DNA of 64,000 nt from Bacilli bacterium (GCA_017626405.1 JAGAIS010000007.1:8280-72279), one strand, 5' to 3'; positions 1-10,734 are shown, numbered from the stretch's first letter. Numbers and translations: made by a program. The notes: a model not told the origin generated them from the sequence alone.

Positions 1-282
1 GGAGTTAAATATACAGGAAAAGTTACAAAGGTCGAAGATTTTGGATGCTTTGTTGAACTATGGCCTGGTTGTGAAGGGTTAGTTCATATTAGTCAATTAG
101 CTCATGAAAGAGTAGAACATACTAGTGATGTAGTATCAGTAGGAGATGAAATAATAGTAATGTCACAGGGATACGATAATCGCGGAAGATTAAACTTGTC
201 GCGCAAAGACGCTTTACCAAAACCAGTAAAAAAAGAGAAAAAATCAGAAGAAAATAAGACATTAGAGGAAGGAACTGAATAG
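1..282 (+). CDS. pnp: polynucleotide phosphorylase, C-terminal S1-domain fragment (5' truncated by window edge)
   Basis: Frame-1 translation [40 protein letters not shown]...[11 protein letters not shown] matches the PNPase C-terminal S1 domain. Stop TAG at 280-282 is followed by a terminator hairpin. Confidence 0.7.
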   Translation, partial: GVKYTGKVTKVEDFGCFVELWPGCEGLVHISQLAHERVEHTSDVVSVGDEIIVMSQGYDNRGRLNLSRKDALPKPVKKEKKSEENKTLEEGTE

Positions 283-298
283 TTCCTTTTTTTTATCT
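268..298 (+). terminator. rho-independent terminator (GGAACTGAATAGTTCC stem + T8)
   Basis: Inverted repeat GGAACT..AGTTCC followed by TTTTTTTT. Confidence 0.7.
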
Positions 299-397
299 GT
301 CAAATAGTTGCAAAACTTTAAAAATTATAGATTAATTTGTCATATTGTGTTATATTTATAATAGAAAAAGGTAAAATAATAGAAGGAGTGATTTAGA

Positions 398-1300
398 ATG
401 AAAAAGATTATGAGCATTTTAGCATTAGTTTTACTAGTAATACCTTTTACTAGTGTAAGTGCTATAACTGGTAATTATTACGTGTATTCAGTAGGAGATG
501 AGGTAAACTTTTATACATCATCAAATGATACTACTGGACAATCAACAATTATCTTAAGCGATGAAGGAGCAGACAGCCAATACGTTAGAGCATTAGCATT
601 AACTGCTTATTCAGGAAATGTTTTCTATGATGCTGTAATTGATGCTGGAAGAACTAAAGTTACTGAATATGAATTCTTTAAAGAACATATTTCAATGATT
701 AATTCAACTGCTGAAGGTTGGCCATATGTTAAAGATTTATCTACAACTATGGATTATATCTCACTAGATGAATTAAAGACTGTATTTGGTGCAACTTCTA
801 CTGATGGTGGTGAAACTTATACTATAGACGCTGCTAAATGGGGAGCAAAACTAAATATTATTGTTACTAGCAAAAAAGGTTTCTATACATCAACTATTGA
901 TGGAGAAAAAGTATGGGTTGTTGAATTTACATATGATAATCCAACAGATTTAGCTAATAGAAATATAACTGCTATTACTGTTAAAAAAGTTGCTAAACAA
1001 GATAACACAGATTATGCTGCATTACCAGTTGCATATTTCGATAAGACTTATGATTGTGTAGAAAGACAAACTAAGGAAGAATATGCATGCTATCAATGTG
1101 GTGAAGAGTATACTTGGTCTAAAGTAGGATCTCAAGCAAGTACTTGTACATTAGTTGAAAATGTTACTAGCAAGAATAGTTGTGTAGTAAGTCCTAAAAC
1201 TGGAATTGCTGATTATGCTATTGAATTAATTAGTTTAGCTGCTGTATGTGGTTTAGCATTAGTACTAGTTAACAGAAAAGACTTATTTAAACAAATATAA
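398..1300 (+). CDS. cell-wall-anchored surface protein, sortase-B-type SPKTG sorting signal
   Basis: N-terminal signal peptide. C-terminus has SPKTG followed by a hydrophobic stretch and an RKDLFKQI charged tail. RBS AGGAG lies upstream. Confidence 0.6.
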   Translation: MKKIMSILALVLLVIPFTSVSAITGNYYVYSVGDEVNFYTSSNDTTGQSTIILSDEGADSQYVRALALTAYSGNVFYDAVIDAGRTKVTEYEFFKEHISMINSTAEGWPYVKDLSTTMDYISLDELKTVFGATSTDGGETYTIDAAKWGAKLNIIVTSKKGFYTSTIDGEKVWVVEFTYDNPTDLANRNITAITVKKVAKQDNTDYAALPVAYFDKTYDCVERQTKEEYACYQCGEEYTWSKVGSQASTCTLVENVTSKNSCVVSPKTGIADYAIELISLAAVCGLALVLVNRKDLFKQI

Positions 1301-1307
1301 TTGATAT

Positions 1308-1345
1308 AAAATACTTTAATTTAATTAAAGTATTTTTTTTTGATT
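1308..1345 (+). terminator. rho-independent terminator (AAATACTTTAATT/AATTAAAGTATTT palindrome + T-run)
   Basis: Perfect palindrome followed by a T9 run directly after the stop of the surface protein gene. Confidence 0.65.
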
Positions 1346-1423
1346 TTTTCTTATATAAAATGTTATTGACTTTAAATAGTAGTTGGTATATATTTATATT
1401 CGGCACTTAGAAAGGAATGTAAC

Positions 1424-2101
1424 ATGAGAATCAATCATTTAGAGGAATCTCTAATCTCTATTCAAGATGAAGATGAATCGCTGCTGATGGAGACCTCTAA
1501 AAAGGAATTAGATATAAAACATGAATTAGATTGTGAGTTATTAGTAAACTCGGAAAATAAGAACAGGATTCAAGAATTGACCTATATCAAGTTAGTTAAA
1601 GAAAATAAGATTAGATTTTTATATTTTCTTTTACCATTTATTGAAATACCACTAGCTATAACGATTTTTATCATATGTATTATTGCAAGTGCTACTATAT
1701 CAGCTGGTTTTTCAATTAGTATTATTGGGGGAATATTATTGCTTGATTCTACATATAATATTAGTATCAACTACAAACGAGTAAATGACGATGGTTCAGT
1801 TATTAAAAGAGTAGTTAATACAATGAAACTTTTATTCATGAAAAAAAAGAGGTTTACTAAAGAATTAAATCATTACTTAGAAATGGATAAATTATCGGAG
1901 AATAAAGTAAATGAATTAACAAACAAACTAAATGAAGTAATATATAAAAAAGAATCCTTAATTGATGAACTAGAAAGTCTTGAAGGATATATAATAGGTG
2001 TTCAAAAGGTTATTAGTCATAATCTACTAGAAAATGTCCCTGAAAGCAATTTTGCTGTAGAATTTGTCAATTTAAGATTAAATAAAAAGAGCAGTTTATA
2101 A
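1424..2101 (+). CDS. hypothetical membrane protein with coiled-coil C-terminus
   Basis: 225-aa ORF with two hydrophobic helices (aa about 65-110). No recognisable family. Confidence 0.45.
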   Translation: MRINHLEESLISIQDEDESLLMETSKKELDIKHELDCELLVNSENKNRIQELTYIKLVKENKIRFLYFLLPFIEIPLAITIFIICIIASATISAGFSISIIGGILLLDSTYNISINYKRVNDDGSVIKRVVNTMKLLFMKKKRFTKELNHYLEMDKLSENKVNELTNKLNEVIYKKESLIDELESLEGYIIGVQKVISHNLLENVPESNFAVEFVNLRLNKKSSL

Positions 2102-2185
2102 ATATAAACTGTTTTTTGTTTTATTGAAACGAATTCTATTAGATGATATAATACTAATATAACTTAGAGAATAGAGGTTATTAAA

Positions 2186-2917
2186 ATGAATTTTAAATAT
2201 AAGAAAGAAGTATCTATCTTAGTTATTTCTTTTATGTTATGTTTATCCATTTTTACATATATTAAAGTCACATATTTTAGAGATAAAAAATTAGATGAAC
2301 CAATTACAACAGTAATTAGTTACTATAACAAAGAAGAAGTAAAAGAACCATTAACGGTAGTTCCAGCTACAACTAAAATAGTATCTACGACAAGTGCGCC
2401 TTTGATAACTACAACTACTATTGAACCTATAGATGTACAAATAGTTAATGCGAGTAAATATCCATATCTAGAACCTCCCGTATTTATTGATGACGGTTCG
2501 ATAATATATGATGGCATGACTATTACAGAACTTACTAATAAATTAAATAGATCATTAACATCTTATCTAACTAATACAGGTTATTTCTTTGCAAAATATA
2601 CTAAAGATACAGGAATGGATCCATATTTAAGCGTTGCTATAGTTCTCCATGAAACTGGATGTAAATGGAAATGTTCAACTCTTACAAGAGAGTGTAACAA
2701 TATTGGAGGATTAAAAGGCGGTAACTCGTGTAATGGCAGTAGTTATCGAAAATATGACACCTTAGAAGAGGGTATAGAAGGATATTTAAATACCATATAT
2801 TATAATTATTATAAAAATGGCTTTGTAACACCTGAAGCAATGGCAAGCAGTTATGCTGCAAGTTCTTCTTGGCCTAGCAAAGTTAGAAGTTATATGAATG
2901 AAATAAAGGCTAAATAG
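2186..2917 (+). CDS. membrane-anchored mannosyl-glycoprotein endo-beta-N-acetylglucosaminidase-domain protein (FlgJ/LytD-like glucosaminidase)
   Basis: N-terminal TM and a Thr-rich linker. C-terminal domain motifs LHETG, NNIGGLKG, RKYDTLEEGIEGY and YAASSSWPSKV resemble the PF01832 glucosaminidase domain. Confidence 0.55.
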   Translation: MNFKYKKEVSILVISFMLCLSIFTYIKVTYFRDKKLDEPITTVISYYNKEEVKEPLTVVPATTKIVSTTSAPLITTTTIEPIDVQIVNASKYPYLEPPVFIDDGSIIYDGMTITELTNKLNRSLTSYLTNTGYFFAKYTKDTGMDPYLSVAIVLHETGCKWKCSTLTRECNNIGGLKGGNSCNGSSYRKYDTLEEGIEGYLNTIYYNYYKNGFVTPEAMASSYAASSSWPSKVRSYMNEIKAK

Positions 2918-2956
2918 CCTTTATTTTTTTTATAAAAAAAGAATCATTTATGATTC

Positions 2957-3895
2957 TTATAATATTTCATTATCAAACCCTAAAGATTCTTTTTCTATGT
3001 ATATAGGTCTTTTTTTGACTTCTAGGAAAGCTCTAGCTATATATTCTCCAATAATACCTAAAACTAATAATTGTATACCTCCAAGTATTAATATTACGCA
3101 CATCATTGATGCATAACCGGGAATATCTTTTCCAAGACATAGAGTTTGAATAATTATTTCAACTAGATATACAAATGAAATAATTGATATTATAGCTCCT
3201 ATTACAGTAGCTGCTCTAAGCGGTTTAGTAGAGAAGTTTAATAAACCGTTGGAAGCATATGAAAGTTGTCTTTTAAATTTGAATTTCGATTCACCAGAAT
3301 GTCTTTTTTCTACATTATATTCAATATAATGAGTATTAAAACCAACCCAAGAGAATAATCCTTTAGAGAATCTATTTGTTTCTTTCATGCTTATGATGGC
3401 TTTTACAACATTGTGTCTGAACATGCGGAAGTCCGATGCTCCAGCTACTGAAGATTGACCACTAGCGCGACCCATGATTTTATAAAAACACTTCTTTGAT
3501 ACTTTTTGAAATAATGATTCCTTTTCGTATTTGTTGACCATAGCTACTTCGTCATATTCATCATTATTTTCTAAAAACTCCAACATTGTCAAAATATACT
3601 TAGGATTTTGTTGTAGATCAGAATCAATTATGCAGGCATATTCACTTTTACTATTTATTAGACCGGCATATATAGCAGCGTCTTTGCCGAAGTTTCTTGA
3701 GAATCTTATTACCTTTACATGTTTCTTATCATCATTATATATCTTTTGTAATTTTTTATATGAAGAATCTTTTGAACCGTCATCTACAAATAGAATGTTG
3801 TATTTTACATTTTTTAGAGTTTTAGTTAATTCATCATAAATAGCTAATACATTTCCTTCTTCATTGTAAACGGGTACGATAACATCTAACTTCAT
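2957..3895 (-). CDS. GT2 family glycosyltransferase (GtrB/ArnC-like polyprenyl-phosphate sugar transferase) with C-terminal TM helices
   Basis: Motifs VIVPVYNEEGNV and FVDDGSKD, with a DSD motif. Two C-terminal TM helices are typical of bactoprenol glycosyltransferases. Confidence 0.75.
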   Translation of the reverse strand: MKLDVIVPVYNEEGNVLAIYDELTKTLKNVKYNILFVDDGSKDSSYKKLQKIYNDDKKHVKVIRFSRNFGKDAAIYAGLINSKSEYACIIDSDLQQNPKYILTMLEFLENNDEYDEVAMVNKYEKESLFQKVSKKCFYKIMGRASGQSSVAGASDFRMFRHNVVKAIISMKETNRFSKGLFSWVGFNTHYIEYNVEKRHSGESKFKFKRQLSYASNGLLNFSTKPLRAATVIGAIISIISFVYLVEIIIQTLCLGKDIPGYASMMCVILILGGIQLLVLGIIGEYIARAFLEVKKRPIYIEKESLGFDNEIL

Positions 3896-4071
3896 ATAAC
3901 CACCTCATAATTCATTATAGCATACATATATGATTAAATATTATTAAAAAATTATAAAAATTGACAAATAATCATATATATGAGTAGGCGAGTAGATAGG
4001 TTTACACTTATTTTTTTCTTTCTATATACACTCATATATCGAAAAACATTAAAAAAACTGCACAAAAAGGG

Positions 4072-4100
4072 TTGATTTCTCCAAATAACTAGTGTATACT
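4072..4100 (+). promoter_or_regulatory. sigma-A-type promoter of the S10 operon (TTGATT-17-TATACT) followed by a leader of about 130 nt
   Basis: -35 TTGATT at 4072-4077, a 17-nt spacer, -10 TATACT at 4095-4100 with an upstream TG. Confidence 0.5.
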
Positions 4101-4234
4101 ATCGATAGTTTAACTGGCTGAGATGTGCAAGGTTGCTGATACACTAGGAAGAGTTGCATATGACTAGTGAAAAATCAGGTAATTTGTTACGGAGCTATGT
4201 TTATACAAGATATAGGCGAAGGGAGGACATGTAA

Positions 4235-4540
4235 ATGTCAAAAGTTAGAATTAGATTTAAAGCTTATGATCATCGCGTTCTTGATAATGCTGTTGCAAGA
4301 GTAATTGAAACAGTTAAGAGAACTGGTAGTGAAGTATCTGGTCCAGTACCACTTCCTACAGAGATTTCAAAGATTACTGTTCTAAAAGCTGTTCATAAAT
4401 ACAAAGACAGCCGCGAACAATTTGAAATGCGTACTCATAAGAGATTAATCGATATCAAGGATCCTAGTAAGGAAACTATGGATGCACTTCATCATTTAGA
4501 TTTACCAAGTGGTGTAGATATTGATATTAAAACTATTTAA
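4235..4540 (+). CDS. rpsJ: 30S ribosomal protein S10
   Basis: [17 protein letters not shown]...GPVPLPT is a canonical S10. RBS GGGAGGA. Confidence 0.95.
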   Translation: MSKVRIRFKAYDHRVLDNAVARVIETVKRTGSEVSGPVPLPTEISKITVLKAVHKYKDSREQFEMRTHKRLIDIKDPSKETMDALHHLDLPSGVDIDIKTI

Positions 4541-4567
4541 TAAAAAATAATAATGGAGGAAAGAAAA

Positions 4568-5362
4568 ATGAAAGGAATCTTAGGTCGTAAAATCGGGATG
4601 ACCGAGAAATTTACGAAAGATGGAAAAGTTATTCCTGTTACTGTTATCGAAGTTGAACCAAATGTAATCACTCAAATCAAAACAACTGAGACTGATGGTT
4701 ACAATGCTATTCAATTAGCTTATGGTGACAAGAAAGAAAAAAATGCAAGCAAAGCTGAAATTGGCCATGCTAAAAAAGCAGGTGTAGCTCCTAAGCGCTT
4801 CTTAAAAGAATTAAGAGTAGAATCTACAGAAGGTTATACTCTAGGAAGTACTCTAGCAGCTGACACATTTGAAGTTGGAGAACGTGTTGACGTTACTGGT
4901 ACTTCAAAAGGAAAAGGATTCACAGGTGTTATCAAACGTCATGGACAATCTCGTGGACCTGAAACTCATGGATCACATTATCATAGAAGACCTGGTTCAA
5001 TGGGAACTATGAGACCAATGAGAGTATTAAAAGGTAAAAAGTTATCTGGACATATGGGAGCTAGTACAGTTACTATTCAAAATCTAGAAATTATCGAAGT
5101 ATGTTTAGAAGACAATTACATATTAGTAAGTGGAAATGTTCCAGGACCAAAAAAATCAATAGTATTAATCAAATCTGCTGTTAAAGGTGGAAAAGTTAAT
5201 CCTAAAGAAATCATCATTAATACAGAAGCTACTACAGAAGAAGTAAATGAAGAAGTTGCTACAACAGTAGAAGAAACTCAAGCTGAAGAAACTGTTCAAG
5301 AAACTCAAACAGAAGAAGTAGTAGAAGAAACTAATGATGTCGAGGAAACTACTGAAGCTTAA
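4568..5362 (+). CDS. rplC: 50S ribosomal protein L3 with an acidic E/T-rich C-terminal extension of about 55 aa
   Basis: [12 protein letters not shown] start after GGAGG. Core L3 is followed by [24 protein letters not shown]... Confidence 0.93.
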   Translation: MKGILGRKIGMTEKFTKDGKVIPVTVIEVEPNVITQIKTTETDGYNAIQLAYGDKKEKNASKAEIGHAKKAGVAPKRFLKELRVESTEGYTLGSTLAADTFEVGERVDVTGTSKGKGFTGVIKRHGQSRGPETHGSHYHRRPGSMGTMRPMRVLKGKKLSGHMGASTVTIQNLEIIEVCLEDNYILVSGNVPGPKKSIVLIKSAVKGGKVNPKEIIINTEATTEEVNEEVATTVEETQAEETVQETQTEEVVEETNDVEETTEA

Positions 5363-5389
5363 TACTTCGGTTGAAAGGAGATATTATTT

Positions 5390-6013
5390 ATGACAAAATT
5401 AAATGTTATTGACCTTAAGGGTTCAAAAGTTAAAGATATAAATATTAATGATGAAATATGGAATATAGAAACTAATGATGTTGTATTAAAGAAAGCTATT
5501 AAATTACAAATGGATTCTTTAAGACAAGGTACTGCTGATACTAAAGGACGTTCTGAAGTATCTGGTGGTGGAAGAAAACCTTATAGACAAAAAGGAACAG
5601 GAAATGCAAGACAAGGTTCAATTCGTGCTCCTCACTATAGAGGCGGTGGAATTGTATTTGGTCCAACGCCAAGAAGTTATTCATTCAAGATGAATAGAAA
5701 AGAAAGAAGATTAGCATTAAAGTCTGCTTTAACTGAAAAGTTTAAAGAAAATAGTGTTGTTGTTGTATCATCACTTGATATTACATCAACTAAGACTAAA
5801 GATATGATCGCATTAATGGAAGAATTGAAGTTAGTTGGAAAAGTATTATTTGTTAGTTCACATGATGCTGAAAAATTATACTTAGCTTCAAGAAACTTAA
5901 CTAATACAGCTGTTATTATGGCTGATGAAATCAATGTATATGATATCGTTAATGCTGATACAGTTGTATTTGATGAAGATACAGTAAATTATATAGAGGA
6001 GGCGCTTAAATAA
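5390..6013 (+). CDS. rplD: 50S ribosomal protein L4
   Basis: GGGRKPYRQKGTGNARQGSIRAPHYRGGG motif. Confidence 0.95.
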   Translation: MTKLNVIDLKGSKVKDININDEIWNIETNDVVLKKAIKLQMDSLRQGTADTKGRSEVSGGGRKPYRQKGTGNARQGSIRAPHYRGGGIVFGPTPRSYSFKMNRKERRLALKSALTEKFKENSVVVVSSLDITSTKTKDMIALMEELKLVGKVLFVSSHDAEKLYLASRNLTNTAVIMADEINVYDIVNADTVVFDEDTVNYIEEALK

Positions 6014-6282
6014 TGAAAGATATTATTATTGCACCAGTTATTACAGAAAAAGCAGCTACAGTTGCTGAATCTGGTAATACTTATGTTTTTAAAGTTAAAA
6101 AAAGTGCAAACAAAATTGCAATAGCAGATGCTGTTGAAAGCGCATTCAATGTTAAAGTTGCAAGTGTAAGAACTCTTAATACAAAAGCTAAAGATAAGAG
6201 AGTTGGTAGATACACTGGAAAAACTCAAACTTATAAGAAAGCATACGTTACTTTAGCTGACGGTTATGCTATAGAAATCTAA
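6013..6282 (+). CDS. rplW: 50S ribosomal protein L23
   Basis: MKDIIIAPVITEKA N-terminus. Position between L4 and L2. Confidence 0.93.
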   Translation: MKDIIIAPVITEKAATVAESGNTYVFKVKKSANKIAIADAVESAFNVKVASVRTLNTKAKDKRVGRYTGKTQTYKKAYVTLADGYAIEI

Positions 6283-6298
6283 TTAGGAGGTTAAGACA

Positions 6299-7126
6299 AT
6301 GGGTATAAAGAAATATAAACCAACGACTAATGGTCGTAGAGGAATGTCTACTTTAACTAATGATGAGATTACTACTAATAAACCAGAAAAAAGCTTACTA
6401 AAGAGCAAATCAAAAACTGGTGGACGTAATAATCAAGGTAGAATGACTGTACAACACATTGGTGGCGGTGCTAAGAGAAAATATCGTTTAATCGATTTCA
6501 AAAGAAATAAATTCGGTGTTACTGGTAAAGTTGCTACAATCGAATACGATCCAAATAGAAATGCCAATATCGCTTTAATCAACTATTTAGATGGTGAAAA
6601 GAGATATATCATTGCTCCTAAAGATTTGAAAGTTGGAATGATCATCGAATCAGGAAGTGCTTGTGATATCAAAGTAGGAAACGCAATGAAGTTAGAAAAC
6701 ATTCCTGTTGGTACATTAGTACATAATGTTGAACTTAAACCAGGTAAGGGTGGAGAAATCGCTCGTTCAGCTGGACAAAGTGTTCAAATATTAGGTAGAG
6801 ATGGAAAATATGTTATCGTTCGTCTTCAATCAGGTGAAACAAGAAAAATACTTGGAACTTGTATGGCAACAATTGGTGTTGTAGGAAATGAAGATTATGA
6901 ACTTATTAATATAGGAAAAGCTGGACGTACTCGTCATATGGGAATTCGTCCTACAAACCGTGGTTCTGTAATGAACCCTAATGACCATCCACATGGTGGT
7001 GGTGAAGGTCGTGCTCCAATCGGACGTAAAGCTCCAATGACTCCATGGGGTAAACCAGCACTTGGATATAAAACTCGTAAAGGAAAGAAAGCTTCTGACA
7101 AGTTAATTGTTAGTAAGAAGAAATAG
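6299..7126 (+). CDS. rplB: 50S ribosomal protein L2
   Basis: [16 protein letters not shown] and [13 protein letters not shown] motifs. Confidence 0.96.
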   Translation: MGIKKYKPTTNGRRGMSTLTNDEITTNKPEKSLLKSKSKTGGRNNQGRMTVQHIGGGAKRKYRLIDFKRNKFGVTGKVATIEYDPNRNANIALINYLDGEKRYIIAPKDLKVGMIIESGSACDIKVGNAMKLENIPVGTLVHNVELKPGKGGEIARSAGQSVQILGRDGKYVIVRLQSGETRKILGTCMATIGVVGNEDYELINIGKAGRTRHMGIRPTNRGSVMNPNDHPHGGGEGRAPIGRKAPMTPWGKPALGYKTRKGKKASDKLIVSKKK

Positions 7127-7134
7127 GTGATTTT

Positions 7135-7398
7135 ATGGCAAGAAGTTTAAAGAAAGGGCCTTTTGTTGACAAAAGCCTAATGAATAAGATAACAAAATTA
7201 AACGAATCAAATAAAAAAGAAGTTGTTAAGACTTGGTCACGTCGTTCAACAATTTTCCCAGATTTTATTGGTCATACTATTGCAGTTCATAACGGAAAAG
7301 ATTTTATTCCTGTTTATATAACTGAAGATATGGTTGGACATAAACTTGGAGAATTTGCTTTAACTCGTAAAGCCGGCGGACATGCAGGACAAAAGTAG
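7135..7398 (+). CDS. rpsS: 30S ribosomal protein S19
   Basis: [12 protein letters not shown]...HNGKDFIPV. Confidence 0.95.
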   Translation: MARSLKKGPFVDKSLMNKITKLNESNKKEVVKTWSRRSTIFPDFIGHTIAVHNGKDFIPVYITEDMVGHKLGEFALTRKAGGHAGQK

Positions 7399-7409
7399 GA
7401 GGTTATTAG

Positions 7410-7751
7410 ATGGAAACATTTGCAATGCATAAAAGTGCTATGGTAGCTCCACGTAAATGCCGTATGACTATGGATTTAATCAGAGGTAAAAAAGCTACAG
7501 TAGCAATTGGAATATTAAAGAATACAAATACTAAATCTAGTAGACTTATACTTAAAGTTTTAGAATCTGCAATGGCTAATGCAACTAATAACTTTGGAGC
7601 AAAAGTAGAAGATTTAGTAATATCTGAATGCTTTGTTAATCCAGGACCTGTTTATAAGAGAGTAAAGATTGGTTCTAGAACAAAAGTAGACAGAAGAGAT
7701 AAAAGAACAAGTCATATAACTGTAAAAGTTAGTGATGGTAAGGAGGCTTAA
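7410..7751 (+). CDS. rplV: 50S ribosomal protein L22
   Basis: Position in the operon. VAPRKCRMTMDLIRGK motif. Confidence 0.92.
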   Translation: METFAMHKSAMVAPRKCRMTMDLIRGKKATVAIGILKNTNTKSSRLILKVLESAMANATNNFGAKVEDLVISECFVNPGPVYKRVKIGSRTKVDRRDKRTSHITVKVSDGKEA

Positions 7752-7753
7752 TT

Positions 7754-8446
7754 ATGGGACAAAAAGTTAATCCTAATGGATTAAGACTTGGCGTTAATAA
7801 AGATTGGCATTCAAAATGGTATGCTGAAAAAGGTGAATACGTTAAGAATTTAAACAACGATATCAAAATTCGTGAATTCTTAGCTAAAGAACTTAAAGAC
7901 GCTTTAGTATCTGAAATCCTTATCGAAAGAAAACCAAATAGAATAGATGTTAAGATTTCTACAGCTCGTCCTGGTGTTATCATCGGTAGAGGTGGGGAAG
8001 ACATCGAAAAATTAAGAGCAAAGATTAAGAAAGTTAGTGGAGAAGATGTATTCGTTACTATTAACGAAATCAAAAACCCTAACCTAAATGCTGAAATTGT
8101 TGCTCAAACTATAGCTAAACAAATTGAAAATAGAGCAAACTTCCGTAACGTTCAAAAGAAAGCTAAGAAAGATGCTATGAAGGCTGGAGCATTAGGAATT
8201 AAAACTAGTGTATCAGGAAGACTTGGTGGAGCAGAAATGGCTAGAACTGAAGGATATACTGAAGGTACAGTTCCACTACAAACAATTCGTGCTAATGTTG
8301 ATTATGCAGTAGCTGAAGCAAACACTACTTATGGTAAGATTGGTGTTAAAGTATGGATCTATACTGGAGAAGTTTTAAATAAGAAAAGACGCAACAATAG
8401 AAATGTAGAAGGAGGTAATGACGATGTTAATGCCAAAAAGAACTAA
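7754..8446 (+). CDS. rpsC: 30S ribosomal protein S3
   Basis: [13 protein letters not shown] start with KH domain. C-terminal basic tail. Confidence 0.95.
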   Translation: MGQKVNPNGLRLGVNKDWHSKWYAEKGEYVKNLNNDIKIREFLAKELKDALVSEILIERKPNRIDVKISTARPGVIIGRGGEDIEKLRAKIKKVSGEDVFVTINEIKNPNLNAEIVAQTIAKQIENRANFRNVQKKAKKDAMKAGALGIKTSVSGRLGGAEMARTEGYTEGTVPLQTIRANVDYAVAEANTTYGKIGVKVWIYTGEVLNKKRRNNRNVEGGNDDVNAKKN

Positions 8447-8855
8447 ATATCGTAAACCTCATAGAATTTCATATGAAGGTCATGCTAAAGGTAATACAGA
8501 ACTTCATTTCGGTGAATTTGGATTACAGGCAAAAGAAGGTGGATATGTTACTGCAAGACAAATTGAGGCAGCACGTATCGCTATGACTCGTTATATGAAA
8601 CGTGGTGGAAATGTATGGATTAATATATTCCCACATTTAGCAAGAACAATGCAACCTTTAGAAACTCGTCAAGGTACAGGAAAAGGTAATGTAGATCACT
8701 GGGCAGCAGTAGTTAAGGAAGGCAAGATCATGTTTGAAATTGGCGGAGTTAGCGAAGAAATTGCTCGTGAAGCATTAAGACTTGCATCACACAAATTAAG
8801 TGTTAAAACAAGATTTGTAAAGAGAGAAGAAAGTGGTGACAAAGTTGAAGACTAG
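8424..8855 (+). CDS. rplP: 50S ribosomal protein L16
   Basis: [11 protein letters not shown] start, 8 nt after GGAGG. An alternative ATG at 8418 is in frame. Confidence 0.93.
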   Translation: MLMPKRTKYRKPHRISYEGHAKGNTELHFGEFGLQAKEGGYVTARQIEAARIAMTRYMKRGGNVWINIFPHLARTMQPLETRQGTGKGNVDHWAAVVKEGKIMFEIGGVSEEIAREALRLASHKLSVKTRFVKREESGDKVED

Positions 8856-9042
8856 TGAAATAAGAGAAATGTCTACTGAAGATATTTTAAAGAAAATTGA
8901 TGAATTAAAAAATGAACTATTCGATTTAAATATGAAAAAAGCTACTGCATCTTTAGAAAAACCACATAAGATTAATCAAAATAGAAAAGATATTGCTAGA
9001 ATGAAAACAGTTTTAGCAGAAAGAGAAGGAGGAAATAAATAA
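8833..9042 (+). CDS. rpmC: 50S ribosomal protein L29 (non-ATG start: GTG 8833 or TTG 8845)
   Basis: (M)[32 protein letters not shown] is L29-like. There is no in-frame ATG before conserved residues. It overlaps the rplP stop. Confidence 0.85.
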   Translation: MVTKLKTSEIREMSTEDILKKIDELKNELFDLNMKKATASLEKPHKINQNRKDIARMKTVLAEREGGNK

Positions 9043-9302
9043 TGAGTGAAACTAAGAGAACTGAACTTATAGGAAAAGTTGTAAGTGCTACTAATGATAA
9101 AACTATTACAGTTTTAGTTGAAACTTATAGAAATCATCCTCTATATCATAAGAGAGTTAAATACTCTAAAAAGTATGCAGCTCATGATGAAAAGAATATT
9201 GCGAAAGTTGGAGATACAGTAAGACTATTATCAACTCGTCCTCTATCTAAAACTAAGAGATATGAACTTGTTGAAGTATTAGTTGAATCTGTAGAAGCTT
9301 AA
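9042..9302 (+). CDS. rpsQ: 30S ribosomal protein S17
   Basis: [17 protein letters not shown]...HDE motif. Confidence 0.94.
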   Translation: MSETKRTELIGKVVSATNDKTITVLVETYRNHPLYHKRVKYSKKYAAHDEKNIAKVGDTVRLLSTRPLSKTKRYELVEVLVESVEA

Positions 9303-9313
9303 GGAGGGTTATT

Positions 9314-9682
9314 ATGGTACAACAAGAATCTAGATTAAAAGTTGCTGATAACTCTGGAGCACGTGAAATTTCCGTAATTAGAGTTATGGGTGGAAGTAAA
9401 GTTAAATATGGTAGTATTGGTGACATTGTAGTAGGAACTGTTAAAAAAGCTATTCCTAACTCAAATGTTAAAAAAGGAAAAGTAGTAAAAGCTGTTATTG
9501 TTAGAACAAAAGATGGCGTTAGAAGAAATGATGGATCAATGATTAAATTCGATGATAATGCATGTGTATTAATCAAGGATGACAAGAGTCCAATCGGAAC
9601 TCGTGTTTTAGGTCCAGTAGCTAGAGAACTTCGTGATAAAGAATTCATGAAGATTGTATCTTTAGCTAACGAAGTATTATAG
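9314..9682 (+). CDS. rplN: 50S ribosomal protein L14
   Basis: [16 protein letters not shown] start. Confidence 0.96.
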   Translation: MVQQESRLKVADNSGAREISVIRVMGGSKVKYGSIGDIVVGTVKKAIPNSNVKKGKVVKAVIVRTKDGVRRNDGSMIKFDDNACVLIKDDKSPIGTRVLGPVARELRDKEFMKIVSLANEVL

Positions 9683-9691
9683 GAGGCAGTC

Positions 9692-9988
9692 ATGAAAGTT
9701 AAAGTTGGAGATAAAGTTAAAATTCTTGCTGGAAAAGATAAAGGCAAGGAAGGAACTGTTACAGTTACTTTAAAAGCAAAAGATAAAGTTGTTGTAAGTG
9801 GTGTAAACATTGTTAAAAAACATATGAAACCAAATGCAATGAACGAAACTGGCGGTATTCTTTCAGTAGAAGCCCCAATTCATGTATCTAACGTAAAAGT
9901 TATTGATTCTAAGAATGCTAAAACTACTAAAGTTGAAGAAAAGAAAACAACAAAGAAGACTACTAAAAAAGAGAGTGGTGAGAAATAA
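9692..9988 (+). CDS. rplX: 50S ribosomal protein L24 with a Lys/Thr-rich C-terminal tail
   Basis: [26 protein letters not shown] motif. Tail [22 protein letters not shown]. Confidence 0.92.
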   Translation: MKVKVGDKVKILAGKDKGKEGTVTVTLKAKDKVVVSGVNIVKKHMKPNAMNETGGILSVEAPIHVSNVKVIDSKNAKTTKVEEKKTTKKTTKKESGEK

Positions 9989-10527
9989 TGTCTACATTAA
10001 AAGATAAATATGAAAACGAAATAAAAAAGGACTTAAAAGCAAAATTCAATTATAAATCAATTATGCAAGTTCCAAAATTAGAAAAAATCGTTATTAATAT
10101 TGGTGTTGGAGAAGCTTCACACGATTCAAAATATATTGAAGCTGCTGCTCGTGACCTTGAAACTATTACAGGTCAAAAACCAATCATCACTAAAGCTAAA
10201 AAATCAATTGCTGGTTTTAAATTAAGAGAAGGTCAAGCAATTGGAACTAAAGTTACATTAAGAGGAGAAAACATGTATAACTTCATGGAAAAACTAATCC
10301 GTGTAGCACTACCTCGTGTTCGTGACTTTAGAGGTATTAGTCCAAAAGCATTCGATGGTTTTGGAAACTATACTTTAGGAATTAAGGAACAACTTATATT
10401 CCCAGAAATAGATTATGATAATGTATTAAAAATTAGAGGAATGGATATAGTTTTTGTTACAAGTGCAAAGACTAATGAAGAAGCTTTAGAGTTATTAAAA
10501 GGCTTCGGAATGCCATTTAGAAAGTAG
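9988..10527 (+). CDS. rplE: 50S ribosomal protein L5
   Basis: Position in the operon and L5 motifs ([10 protein letters not shown]). Confidence 0.95.
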   Translation: MSTLKDKYENEIKKDLKAKFNYKSIMQVPKLEKIVINIGVGEASHDSKYIEAAARDLETITGQKPIITKAKKSIAGFKLREGQAIGTKVTLRGENMYNFMEKLIRVALPRVRDFRGISPKAFDGFGNYTLGIKEQLIFPEIDYDNVLKIRGMDIVFVTSAKTNEEALELLKGFGMPFRK

Positions 10528-10534
10528 GGATAAT

Positions 10535-10720
10535 ATGGCTAAGACAAGTATGAAGATTAAGGCTAAACGCCCACAAAAATTTAAAGTTAGAGAATATACT
10601 CGTTGCGAAAGATGTGGAAGACCACATGGTGTTCTACGTAAATTCGGTTTATGCCGTATTTGCTTTAGAGAACTAGCAAACCAAGGTAAAATACCTGGAG
10701 TAAAGAAATCTAGTTGGTAG
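10535..10720 (+). CDS. rpsZ: 30S ribosomal protein S14 type Z (zinc-binding, 61 aa)
   Basis: [23 protein letters not shown] zinc motif. 61 aa. Confidence 0.95.
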   Translation: MAKTSMKIKAKRPQKFKVREYTRCERCGRPHGVLRKFGLCRICFRELANQGKIPGVKKSSW

Positions 10721-10734
10721 GAAGGAGATTAATT

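Noticed and set aside
1582-1770. Short antisense ORFs 1582-1770, 2323-2517 and 3531-3839
   Set aside because: They lie fully inside better-supported longer ORFs on the other strand (membrane protein, glucosaminidase-domain protein, GT2).
3961-3990. TTGACA at 3961-3966 as the S10 operon promoter
   Set aside because: No acceptable -10 hexamer at 16-18-nt spacing. The TTGATT-17-TATACT site at 4072-4100 is a better candidate.
5677-5934. Minus-strand ORFs inside ribosomal protein genes (5677-5934, 5989-6228, 7729-8073, 9253-9810, 11639-11968, 12167-12478, 12687-12887, 15719-16063) and the + strand ORF 12632-12826 in an alternative frame of rplO
   Set aside because: They are antisense or out of frame to strongly supported, highly conserved r-protein genes. 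They show low-complexity translations typical of AT-rich antisense frames and have no RBS.
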